Origin: a virus | Virus record (IMG/VR): IMGVR_UViG_3300044692_000034 | Location: 1-64,000 of that record | Strand: one strand, 5' to 3' | DNA length: 64,000 nt | Shown here: in pieces, positions 28,022 to 36,814 of the stretch | Layout of the letters: each line of letters starts with the position of its first letter | Numbering within the stretch: position 1 is the first letter of the stretch | Translations under genes and position numbers: made by a program | The notes under the pieces: generated by a model | Databases searched by the model: none | What the model was told of the DNA's origin: nothing | What the model saw: the letters and a program-made list of their open reading frames with translations, nothing else

Positions 28022-28486
28022 TTACTCCAGGATGCCGAGTGCGTCCTCGGTCTGCCAGCCGTCGCCGTCGCAGGAGAAGCCGATGGTCTCGCGCTGCATC
28101 CGGCCGCGCCGCGTCTCCCACACCTCGATGGTGCCGTCGCAGCCCTCGCCGTCGCTCATCCACGCCGTGAAGTCGCAGAACGCCTTGCGGCTGCCCATGT
28201 CGCACGGGTCGAGCGTGTACGAGTTCAGCAGCACGTTCCAGACGCTGAACTCGCCGTCGGACGTGTCGCCGTCGGCGTCGGTCGGTTCCTCCACGGGCTC
28301 GGTGATCATGCCGTCGGGGTACGCGAGGTTGTACGACTGCTCGAAGTACTCGATCCAGTCGCCGAGTTCGAGCTGCGCCTGCACGTACGCCTGATGCTTC
28401 GTCGGCAGCGGGACGTGCGCGTTCGCGGCCGGCGCCGCCGTGAGCATGAGCAGCTGCACGACGACCGCCAAGATGGCCTTCTTCAT
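28022..28486 (-). CDS. Secreted acidic protein
   Basis: Signal peptide ending AAN-A; four Cys. Confidence 0.75.
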   Translation of the reverse strand: MKKAILAVVVQLLMLTAAPAANAHVPLPTKHQAYVQAQLELGDWIEYFEQSYNLAYPDGMITEPVEEPTDADGDTSDGEFSVWNVLLNSYTLDPCDMGSRKAFCDFTAWMSDGEGCDGTIEVWETRRGRMQRETIGFSCDGDGWQTEDALGILE

Positions 28487-28797
28487 GTGACTGTGGCTTT
28501 CTGTTCTTCGAGTTGTGACCGTGCGGTGGCGAGCGAGACCGCGTACCCGCTACCGAGCCGGCCGGGAAACTCCTGCTCCATGAACACGTACTCCCCGAGC
28601 ACGTCCTCGAGCTTGGCGCCGATGGCCTTGAGGTACGCGGGCAGGTCCACGTCCTCCTCGAGGTAGACCATGCCGCGAGCGCGATCGACGTAGCTGAAGT
28701 CACTCACAGTCACGCCGGAGACGAAGACGTCAACGGCGCGGACCTCCAACCATGCGTGACTGGGGTCGTTGATGAGGCGTAGGTGCGCGGTGGGCAT
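28483..28797 (-). CDS. Leaderless conserved phage hypothetical (MPTAHL...)
   Basis: DPSHAWL...FSY...VYLEEDVD; TTGACG-16-TAGTCT-7-ATG. Confidence 0.8.
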   Translation of the reverse strand: MPTAHLRLINDPSHAWLEVRAVDVFVSGVTVSDFSYVDRARGMVYLEEDVDLPAYLKAIGAKLEDVLGEYVFMEQEFPGRLGSGYAVSLATARSQLEEQKATVT

Positions 28798-29247
28798 GCG
28801 CAACAGACTACGCACGCTTACGGTCGCGTCAACAATGTCTCATCGCGCAGCATCAGCGCGAGCAGCCTACGGGACGGCGTGAGCCGCTGCACACGAGTAC
28901 TCGCCCCCGGCGGGAGCATGTACCCGCCGCACATGTGCGCGTCCAACGGGCGCGGCGCTCGCACACCACCCCGGTAGTAGGACACCACCAGATAGCCACG
29001 GTGCGGCACCCCGCGCGGGTCGAGCGGGTAGCAACGGCAGTTCCGTCCCATGAGCGCCACCCCATTGACAGTGCCAGCCGCACGTCATCTCCGCAAGACG
29101 CGCGTGGCCCCGGACCTGAGGTTGCCCACCACCGGGTCCGGGGCCACGTCGAGGAGGTTCAGGTCGCCGGAACCTCGCTGTCTCGCTGGCGTTACTGCTC
29201 CACAAGCGTAGCGGCTGCCAGCGCGTCACGCCACTCGCCGCATGTCG

Positions 29248-29535
29248 CTACGGGTCCCACGGCTCGTCCACGTGCGCCTCGATCAAATTCAGGGCGCCGA
29301 GGACGTTGTCCTTACCGAGGAGCTGGTACACCTTCTTCAGGACGTCGGGGTTTTCGCCCTGCGCCGCATGGCGCGCCGGAAGCTCCGCATGCCAATCGCC
29401 AACACCGGCCAACGCGATGACGACAGCTCGCGCCATCTCCGTGCGCGGCACGGCATACCCCGGGAACAGAAAGCGGCAGAGCGCGTACTGCGCCCTCTCC
29501 ATCGCCTCGTCGTCTACGACGATGGTGGTGCTCAT
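29248..29535 (-). CDS. Hypothetical protein
   Basis: ATGA coupled. Confidence 0.6.
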   Translation of the reverse strand: MSTTIVVDDEAMERAQYALCRFLFPGYAVPRTEMARAVVIALAGVGDWHAELPARHAAQGENPDVLKKVYQLLGKDNVLGALNLIEAHVDEPWDP

Positions 29536-29777
29536 GGGCGTGTCTCGCCCTGCATTGGGCTCGGTCGCAACGGGCCTACCGGTGGGCTCCGCACGAGCAC
29601 ACGGAGGTAGTCAGCGTGGACGTCGATGGTCGTGCCCCGAGCGCGCACGCTGCACATGCGCCCGGTGACGCCGGTGCCATCACCCCACTCCGACACGACC
29701 TTGCCTTCGAGCCCGAAGAACTCATCGGCCTCTATGATGACTGTGTCTCCCGGCTGCGCTACGAGGTAGCCGTTCAT
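29532..29777 (-). CDS. KOW/SH3-like small protein
   Basis: PGDTVII...FFGLEGKVV. Confidence 0.65.
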   Translation of the reverse strand: MNGYLVAQPGDTVIIEADEFFGLEGKVVSEWGDGTGVTGRMCSVRARGTTIDVHADYLRVLVRSPPVGPLRPSPMQGETRP

Positions 29778-30818
29778 TGCTCCTCCTTCATCCTGCTGAG
29801 CGCTGCCGCCGCACGGATGCGGGCGCTCATCACTTGCGCCTCGGCTTCGGGTGAGCCGTCCGTCACGACCACGTGCGTTGGGTCGGCGAGCCGCAAATCC
29901 TCAGCCGTAAGATCCCTGTCTCGGTCGAGCACTACAGCACCTCTCTCCACCCCGTCGGATACCCCGGCACCTCGGGATCCGCGATACAGCAATCCTCGCG
30001 GTGCGGACGGCCACCATGGACCGGGCAATCCCCACCCGGGCACCACGGCTCCATCAACGCGACGTACGCGTTGTCGTACAAGGTACGGTGCGCGGCCGGC
30101 GACGGCGCGAACTCCATCGCGTACCCCTCCAGTACGTCGACCATATGCACCACGGCCGACCTGACACCCTGCGGGTAGGTGAGCTTTACCGCCGCACGCA
30201 CCCGGTGCAGGGGCTCGCCCTGTAGGCACTCAAGCATGCCCGTACAGGCCCGCTAGGGGCTCACCGGTACGCGGGAGTACTCGCCGCAGTGCGCGCACGC
30301 GTACAGCTCTCCCTGGGTCAGGTTGCGCTTGCTGTCGGACTCGACCCAGTGGCCGTGACCGCACGCGCGGCACCCGTACCCCTGGAGGAAGATGACGCCG
30401 CCTTGGAAGGAGACGGGGCCGGTAAAGCCGAGGTCACCGTACTCGCGGTCGACGCCGCTCAGGTACGCGTGCGCCGCCTCGAGGGAGCGGTCGTCGATGC
30501 CCTTCTCGCTGCGCCTGTCCAAGAACTGCGTTGTGCTGATGACCCCGGTCTTGTGCTGCTGGATTGCCAGCAGTGCTTCGATGCTGCTCACGTCACAGTT
30601 CTCCAGTACCGCTCGTCGTGTAGGCGGTCGCCGGCGACGGTGATGCGTCTCACGCCGCCTTGCCACCTGCCCGTCCTCTCGCTGCGCGCCGATGAGACAT
30701 CGTGTCCCAGCGGCGCCAGCTTGTACTCGTCCGCGCTGAGCATGTAGTCGGTCACGAGCCAGCGCCGGCCCGTCCTAGACCTGGCGCTGACTACTTCGCG
30801 GCCGAGCAGCGCTCCCAT

Positions 30819-31076
30819 CTACGTGCCGATGACGACGTCCACGACGCCGCGTGTGTTGACCAACGGCACGTCCGTAATGAACGCCTCGTGGTTGCTGTCC
30901 GCGTAGCCGACGCTCTGCTCGTTCACGCGGAGCGCGTTCTCCACCCCGGCGGAGATCCGATGGTGCGCCTCCTTGGTGCTGAGGTAGCTGGCGATCTCGT
31001 GGGCGGTCAACCCCTCGGCTTGCACGAGCAGACTCATCCGCACGTCCACGACAACTTCGACTCCGGCTTGGCTCAC
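30819..31076 (-). CDS. Hypothetical protein
   Basis: VSQAGVEVVVDV...; GTGA overlap. Confidence 0.55.
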   Translation of the reverse strand: MSQAGVEVVVDVRMSLLVQAEGLTAHEIASYLSTKEAHHRISAGVENALRVNEQSVGYADSNHEAFITDVPLVNTRGVVDVVIGT

Positions 31077-31309
31077 GGTGCGCCCTCCACGAGGTAACCC
31101 ATCTCCGACATGTGCATGTGCTTCCTGTCGACAACCTGAGAGCTGTCGATGTACGTCAGCTTGTCCGGCCCGTCCAGGTCCTCGCCGGCGAAGTTGACGC
31201 GATGCCCCGTTATGCGGAGCAGCGACACGCTCGGGCCACGCAGGTAGACGGACGTCTGCTCGCCGCTGTCGTTGTACGTGACGAGCATGTAGCGCGGCTT
31301 CCACGCCAC
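31073..31309 (-). CDS. Hypothetical protein
   Basis: ORF track. Confidence 0.6.
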   Translation of the reverse strand: MAWKPRYMLVTYNDSGEQTSVYLRGPSVSLLRITGHRVNFAGEDLDGPDKLTYIDSSQVVDRKHMHMSEMGYLVEGAP

Positions 31310-31314
31310 GGGGT

Positions 31315-32061
31315 CTACTTGTCCTTCTTGGCGTTGCGGCGCGCGTCACGGCACGCGCGGCACTCCGTCGACCGGGCGCCACCGTTCGTCGTCGGGAACT
31401 TCGTGACGGGCTTCGTCTCCCCGCACGGGCCGGTGCAGGTCATCTCGCCGTCCTTGCTGGCCGCTCCCGGGCGCGGCTCCGCCTGCTTCCGCTTGGCGCG
31501 GCTCGTCGTGCCGCGCGGCACGAACCCGTCGCCGTTCACCGACGGAGCGGAGATGAGCCGCGTGTGCTGGCACGCGGCCAACGCCGCGACGAACTTGACG
31601 TCCACCTTGCGGCCTCGGTCGCGCTCCCCGTCGTCGTCGCTCTCGTCGCCTTCCAGGTAGGCGGTCAGCGCCTCCTCGTACTCGCGGCATGCCTTCTCCT
31701 CGAGGGCCTTGGCGTCGGCGAGCTGCTGCTCAGCCGGCGACAGCGCCTTGCCCTGCTCGGCGGGGAAGTGCACGCACGGGAAGACCTTGAAGTCCTGCCG
31801 GTACGTGTCCATCTCCGACGACTCCGGGTCGTACTCGAAGTCGCTCGGCGGGTACGTGGCCAGCACGACCTCGTCGAACTCGTGCGCGAGCATGGTCATC
31901 GGGAACTCGGCGATGTACGGCAGCCGGCGCGTGTCGGGGCATGCCGTAGCGTGCACGTGGAACGTCTCGCCCGGCACGGGCAGGTTCGGGCCGTACACGT
32001 CAACGCTTACGGTGGCGCGCTCTGTGGTGGTGTCCGGCGCGGCGGTGGTGGGCGTACTCAT
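31315..32061 (-). CDS. Leaderless protein with C-terminal Zn ribbon, paralog family member 2
   Basis: CTGPCGETKPVTKFPT...ECRACRDARR; TTGCCT-17-TAGTCT-7-ATG. Confidence 0.85.
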   Translation of the reverse strand: MSTPTTAAPDTTTERATVSVDVYGPNLPVPGETFHVHATACPDTRRLPYIAEFPMTMLAHEFDEVVLATYPPSDFEYDPESSEMDTYRQDFKVFPCVHFPAEQGKALSPAEQQLADAKALEEKACREYEEALTAYLEGDESDDDGERDRGRKVDVKFVAALAACQHTRLISAPSVNGDGFVPRGTTSRAKRKQAEPRPGAASKDGEMTCTGPCGETKPVTKFPTTNGGARSTECRACRDARRNAKKDK

Positions 32062-32100
32062 AGACAGAAGACTAGTGCAGGGTGGGCCGCAAGGCAAGCA

Positions 32101-32394
32101 CTAAAGTTCAGGGTCGTAGCCGGTTATCTCTCTCAGCAGCCGCACACCCTCGCCGCCCTTGTACACCGACCAGCACCCCCGCTTCACCTCGACGGTCGCT
32201 TGGTGCTCATCGTGCAACCGGCGCAGCAGCGACCGCGTCACCGACAGCGACAGGCCGCACTCGTTTGCGACCTGCCGAACCGTCGAGTAGCCACGCCCGT
32301 GCCTGTACCAGCCATCCGACCGCCCTTGCAGACGGATGGTTGTCGCCAGCGCAACAAGAACCGCACGCTCGCGCTCACTCAGCGAGGTGGGCAT
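32101..32394 (-). CDS. Winged-HTH protein
   Basis: STVRQVANECGLSLSVTRSLLRRL. Confidence 0.7.
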   Translation of the reverse strand: MPTSLSERERAVLVALATTIRLQGRSDGWYRHGRGYSTVRQVANECGLSLSVTRSLLRRLHDEHQATVEVKRGCWSVYKGGEGVRLLREITGYDPEL

Positions 32395-32665
32395 CTTTCC
32401 GCTCAAGGATCTCCGTCAGGTGGCTGACAACGCGGTCGAGCTTGCCGGTGCGCGCAATGGTTAGCGCCTGCCTGATGGCCGTTTCGAGGCCTTGTGCACG
32501 GTCGGTGGAGTTGAGGGCGTTGGCGATCTTGAGGGCGTTGGCTATGCCCCGCTCGTTCCCGTAGCTGCGAGCGACCTCATCGACGAACGGCGTGCCTCCG
32601 ACGACGACCACGCAGGCGATGTTGGGGTGAATCTCCAGCGCCTTGTACCGCTCGGTCGGTCTCAT
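32375..32665 (-). CDS. Hypothetical protein
   Basis: MRPTERY... Confidence 0.55.
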   Translation of the reverse strand: MRPTERYKALEIHPNIACVVVVGGTPFVDEVARSYGNERGIANALKIANALNSTDRAQGLETAIRQALTIARTGKLDRVVSHLTEILERKDAHLAE

Positions 32666-32940
32666 TTCACGAGGCCCCACACGATGTCCATGGCGCGGAC
32701 GGGATCCATCTTGGCGAGCTTGTCGCGGTTCTTCTCGTTGAGCTTGTCGGCGACGGCGACGAGCGCCTGCGCGGAGACGGCGTCGATGAGCACGCCCTTG
32801 TACCGCCGCGCGCTGTGCGCCGCAACGATCTCCCTGCACGTGCTCACGAGATCTCCCTGCTGCCGCTCCTCGATCATGCCAAGCCAGAGCGCGAGGTCCG
32901 GGTCGTAGTCGGGTGACGTCTCGTCGAGTAGCGGGTTCAT
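32662..32940 (-). CDS. Phage hypothetical protein
   Basis: IDAVSAQALVAVADKLNEKNRDKL helical motif. Confidence 0.65.
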   Translation of the reverse strand: MNPLLDETSPDYDPDLALWLGMIEERQQGDLVSTCREIVAAHSARRYKGVLIDAVSAQALVAVADKLNEKNRDKLAKMDPVRAMDIVWGLVK

Positions 32941-33719
32941 GCCGGCACCTCCTGCTTGCCGTGGTCGCGGATAAACGCCTTGGCGCGTGCGTTGCTGCAC
33001 CAGTACGGCACCTTTTCGCCGGCGCCACCATGCGTCCGGCAGTACCCGTGATGGTCGAAGTCGCACATCTCGTCGTCGACATGCTCCGCGAGAAGGTTCG
33101 CGGCTTCTTCGACGGCATGCGCCAGGTCGTGATCCTCTTCGACGGCGAGCACCCACGTCACCCGGCCGCCGGCCATCGTCCGCAAGTTGAACGTCACGGA
33201 CCGGTCTCCCTCGAACTGGAAGTAGACGACGTCATAGTCGCGGCCCTTGAGGTCGGGGTCGGACATATGGTGGTGGCCGACGTGCCCGTCCCTCTCCTTC
33301 ATGTAGCGTCGCACGTCCTCGTTGTCGCGTAGGCTCGTGTCGATGGACCACACGCCGTACGTGGTGCCGGCCATGATGTGGACCCACGGGCGGCCGTCGG
33401 AGAGCGACTTGGTGCTTATGCGGATGCCGCCGTCGCGGGCGCCGTCCGTCCAGTTGCCGGGGCCGTCCTTGAAGTGCTCGCTCGCACGGACCTCGGGTCG
33501 CAGCAGATCCAGGTTCTCGTTGACGGCGACCCACGTGTATCGCTTGCCGACGAACATGCTGCGCAACCGCGCGTACACGAACGGTGCGTTGACGAGGGTC
33601 AGGTAGCCGTACGCGGACCAGGCGTTGACTCGCCGCTGCTCGCGGCGTTCGTAGTCTTGTGCGGCGAACAGGCGGGGCGCGGCGCGGCGAGCACGAGCGG
33701 CGTCATTGGTGGTGGGCAT
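32937..33719 (-). CDS. Leaderless hypothetical protein (MPTTNDA...)
   Basis: TTGCCA-17-CATTCT-6-ATG; C-terminal CDFDHHGYCRTH. Confidence 0.8.
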   Translation of the reverse strand: MPTTNDAARARRAAPRLFAAQDYERREQRRVNAWSAYGYLTLVNAPFVYARLRSMFVGKRYTWVAVNENLDLLRPEVRASEHFKDGPGNWTDGARDGGIRISTKSLSDGRPWVHIMAGTTYGVWSIDTSLRDNEDVRRYMKERDGHVGHHHMSDPDLKGRDYDVVYFQFEGDRSVTFNLRTMAGGRVTWVLAVEEDHDLAHAVEEAANLLAEHVDDEMCDFDHHGYCRTHGGAGEKVPYWCSNARAKAFIRDHGKQEVPA

Positions 33720-33773
33720 GTTGACAGAATGGCGTGCGGTTGCCATCGTGGCAAGCGAGACGTGCCGTACGGG

Positions 33774-34124
33774 CTAGCTGCCGAACGCCTTGCCGATGGC
33801 GTCGGCTGCACTCCCCGGCTGCGGCACGATGACACCGAAGACCTGGCCAACACGAAGGACGAGCAGCTTCTCTTCGTGCACGTCGACGTAGGCGCCGGCG
33901 TTCGCAGGGAACACGACGTGATCGCCGACCTTGACGGGCATCTCGATGTCGTGCTGTCCCCACCAGTCGAGGCCGGGGCCTGCTGCGAGCACGATGCCGT
34001 GATGCGGCGGCATCTGCGCCTCGTAGCGGTTGGCGGGGAGCACGAGGCCGCTCTCGCGGACCTCCTCTCGCTCCAATTCTTTCACGACCAGGTAGTCGAA
34101 GATCGGTTGTAGCTGGTCGGGCAT
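33774..34124 (-). CDS. groES: GroES-like co-chaperonin
   Basis: LQPIFDYLVV...SGLVLP...VLAAGPG...VKVGDHVVF. Confidence 0.9.
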   Translation of the reverse strand: MPDQLQPIFDYLVVKELEREEVRESGLVLPANRYEAQMPPHHGIVLAAGPGLDWWGQHDIEMPVKVGDHVVFPANAGAYVDVHEEKLLVLRVGQVFGVIVPQPGSAADAIGKAFGS

Positions 34125-34547
34125 TAGATCCACCCCGTGGCGCCGGCCTCGACCCACGGGCCGGTGTCGTCCCACTCCCAGATGCCGTCCGTGTCGATGG
34201 TTCCGACGTCGCCGTTGTCGCACTCGTACCTGATCGTCAGGTCGTGCGGGTCGAAGCGCCACGTGACGATCGGTGAGGTCTCGTTGATCTCGGCGAACGC
34301 ACGCTGCTGCTCTGCGCTGGGTTCCATCAGTGAACCGCGATCCCTTCTGAGTTCAGTTCGGCGAGGCGAGCTTGCAGCGCCAGCGTGGCGTACGCGTTCC
34401 CCATGGTCGCGTACACGGCGCCGTTCTCGGGGTAGACGGCGCGTTTGTCGTCGGCGAGCCGCAGGCATGCCCGCGCCCGCGACTCGAAGTAGTCAGCGCT
34501 CGCGTCGCTGGTGTCTTCGTCGGTGAGTAGCGCGTCCAGGTGCATGG

Positions 34548-35234
34548 TTAGGACTCCTGCTGGGGGGCGCTGTCCCCGCCGGCCCACGCCGGGTCGTTGC
34601 GCAGCTCCTCGCGGCTGTACATGCGCCAGTTGTAGTCGAACAGGTGGTTGTGGGAGTTGCCGTCGAGGTTGTACTTATTCGGCGACACGCTCACCTTGAA
34701 GAAGGAGCGCATGCCGCCGGGGTCCGGGATGATCGGCGTGCAGTGGATGACGCTCGGGTCGAGCCGGTAGATCGTGTTGGCGTCGCCGTCCATGACCCTG
34801 ATCTTGTTGTCGCCTCGCATGGCGGAGAGTCGGATCTGCTGCTCGAACTGGTGGGCCGACTCCACGTGGTCCTTGCTGATGTCGTCGAACTGCCCGACGG
34901 CGAACCTTGTGGGCCACTGGTCGGCCCAGATGTAGTTGATGTCGTCGCTGCCGAAGCCGTCGGCGTGCCAGCCGGGACGGTTGAGCGGGTTGCCGGGCGT
35001 CGCAAACCCGCGCTTGGCGGTCACGTACACGTAGTGCCCGTCGTTGACGCCCTCCGCCCACACGATCCCCTCGATCGTGTTGCGCATGAACTCCAGGCTC
35101 GGTGGCAGGAGGATCACGTCGCTGTGCGCCATGACGACCGGTAGGTACAGCCACGTGCAGAACTCGCGCCACTCCGGCAGCAGGTGGTCGCGGTCGTAGA
35201 TCCCCGGGTGCTGCCCGTATTTGTAGTCGGTCAT
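34548..35234 (-). CDS. Putative 2OG-Fe(II) dioxygenase-fold protein
   Basis: RPGWHADG (HxD), distal IH, RSFFKV; TGATG/ATGA coupling. Confidence 0.7.
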   Translation of the reverse strand: MTDYKYGQHPGIYDRDHLLPEWREFCTWLYLPVVMAHSDVILLPPSLEFMRNTIEGIVWAEGVNDGHYVYVTAKRGFATPGNPLNRPGWHADGFGSDDINYIWADQWPTRFAVGQFDDISKDHVESAHQFEQQIRLSAMRGDNKIRVMDGDANTIYRLDPSVIHCTPIIPDPGGMRSFFKVSVSPNKYNLDGNSHNHLFDYNWRMYSREELRNDPAWAGGDSAPQQES

Positions 35235-35632
35235 TGTTTCTTCGCGAAGAGCGTGTTGTATTCGAAGATGATGTCGGCTGTGCCGTAAGTGCCTTCCATG
35301 TACGACGCAGGGTCCACGCTCATCTCTTCGCACAAGTCGACGTATGTGGCTGACTTGATGCGCAGCTCGCGGCCTTCCTCTGTCGTCACCATGCCCTCGC
35401 CCTCTGCGGTGAGGTCGACGTGGTACGTGTCCCATGCGTACCTGAGCGCGTCGATCTTGTCCCACGCGAACGCTCGGCGCTCGCGGTCGAGCCACAGCAG
35501 CTCATTGTCACCGTACACACCGCACGAGCACGTCGCGCCCTCGTCTCCCTCGGTGGGGTGGCTGTGCCGGTAGGAGCATGACGGCTCGTGCTCCGCCTTC
35601 GGCTGCTTCGCGCATTCGACGACCCACGGCAT
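35231..35632 (-). CDS. Hypothetical protein
   Basis: HEPSC...CSCG. Confidence 0.65.
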   Translation of the reverse strand: MPWVVECAKQPKAEHEPSCSYRHSHPTEGDEGATCSCGVYGDNELLWLDRERRAFAWDKIDALRYAWDTYHVDLTAEGEGMVTTEEGRELRIKSATYVDLCEEMSVDPASYMEGTYGTADIIFEYNTLFAKKQ

Positions 35633-36117
35633 CAGGGCACCACCGGCCCCGGTTCGACGTCTTCTTCTTTTTGGGTCGCCCAGTCTTCAGATGTGTCTTC
35701 GCGTAGTTCGTTGACGTAGCCCTGCCACGTGTCCTCGGGGAGAGACACGCTCTCCTCGCCGACGACGATGCTGACGTACCAGCGGCCTTGCACATCCCAC
35801 CGGCGCGCTGTCCGTACGTCACCGGCGCCGACGCCGATGGTGTAGGTGCGGCCGGGGTACCAGCGGCCGGCGCCGATGCAGAAGTCGGTTGCGGCCATGC
35901 GGATCGCTTGCCGCAGCGAGTCGCAGTGGTAATCGGTCGGCGACAGCGACTGCTCGCCTTCGGACTCCCATGCGCTGTGGATGCTGATGCGCCACACGTA
36001 GTCGCTGATGCCGTCCTGTGCGATGAGGAGCGCCTCTTTCAGGCGGGCGAGTTGCGCCGCCGTGCGGGCCGCTTTCTTGCTCAAATCGTTGAGCACGTAC
36101 TCGTCGAGCGTTGGCAC
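35632..36117 (-). CDS. Hypothetical protein (GTG start, MPTLDEY...)
   Basis: TAGTG overlap with uORF 36117-36143. Confidence 0.7.
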   Translation of the reverse strand: MPTLDEYVLNDLSKKAARTAAQLARLKEALLIAQDGISDYVWRISIHSAWESEGEQSLSPTDYHCDSLRQAIRMAATDFCIGAGRWYPGRTYTIGVGAGDVRTARRWDVQGRWYVSIVVGEESVSLPEDTWQGYVNELREDTSEDWATQKEEDVEPGPVVP

Positions 36118-36143
36118 TAGGACTCCCGGTACATGGTGGGCAT
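36117..36143 (-). CDS. Leaderless uORF MPTMYRES
   Basis: CGAAC-8-TTGTGC-16-TATCCT-8-ATG. Confidence 0.5.
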   Translation of the reverse strand: MPTMYRES

Positions 36144-36193
36144 TGGCGCCGAGGATACCCGCAGGCACCCTCGGCACAAGGCAGAGCGTTCGG

Positions 36194-36478
36194 CTACTCG
36201 TCGACCACGGTTGCTTCGAGGAGGGCGGCTACGGCACTAACCGCATCCTCGTGGTCGACGTCGAGTTCTACGGCCCAATCGTCGGCCCAGTGATCGGGGT
36301 CGAGCCATGCCGCGAAGTGCATGGTGTGCCCGCCGATCGTCAGCTCGACCTCGGTGCCGAGTTCTTCCATCACCGCGTCGCGTAGTGCGTCGAACACGGT
36401 GTCGTCGTTGGTGAGGTAGCCGGCGGTGTGAGTTGCCCGGAACGCGCCGGGCACGAACTGGAATGGGAGCTTGCGCAT
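36194..36478 (-). CDS. Acidic hypothetical protein
   Basis: ORF track. Confidence 0.65.
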   Translation of the reverse strand: MRKLPFQFVPGAFRATHTAGYLTNDDTVFDALRDAVMEELGTEVELTIGGHTMHFAAWLDPDHWADDWAVELDVDHEDAVSAVAALLEATVVDE

Positions 36479-36814
36479 GCGTGCGACCTCAGTCGTTGAT
36501 GAGCGCGACTTCGATCTTGCCGTGCAGGTGCAGGAGCCTGATGAGGTCGCGTGCCTCTGCTGCCTGCTCCGTCTCAGGACCAGCAGCCACGACCCCCTCG
36601 AGGAACGGGACCATGGACGCGGTGATCTCCGTCCACCCGCCGGTCAGGCTCCCGTCATGGCCCCACAGCTTCGGGGCAAGCGCCCACTTGATGTCGTAGC
36701 CGACCGGCTGGGGCTCCGCCAACGGGCGCCAATGAAGATGGCTATGCGGCATGGCATAGACACAAGCGGGGACCACACCCTGAGCAGGCGTGGCCCCCGG
36801 CGCCGTGTCTCTCC

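Larger units (their letters stand above)
2389..36192 (-). repeat. Dispersed family of ~29 promoter + leaderless-start units (YGAAC-N8/9-TTGCNN-YGAC-...-TAGTCT-N6-8-ATGCCCACC)
   Basis: Same architecture read by hand upstream of ATGs at 2389, 3056, 3720, 4390, 6029, 6529, 8129, 8992, 9542, 10058, 10450, 12305, 12915, 14087, 15825, 16444, 17524, 18135, 19683, 21660, 22415, 23080, 23687, 25973, 27961, 28797, 32061, 33719, 36143. Confidence 0.92.

Noticed and set aside
2389-36192. Cassette array as an integron (attC sites)
   Set aside because: The repeated element is a promoter/start unit without attC inverted-repeat structure, and no integrase is recognisable in the window
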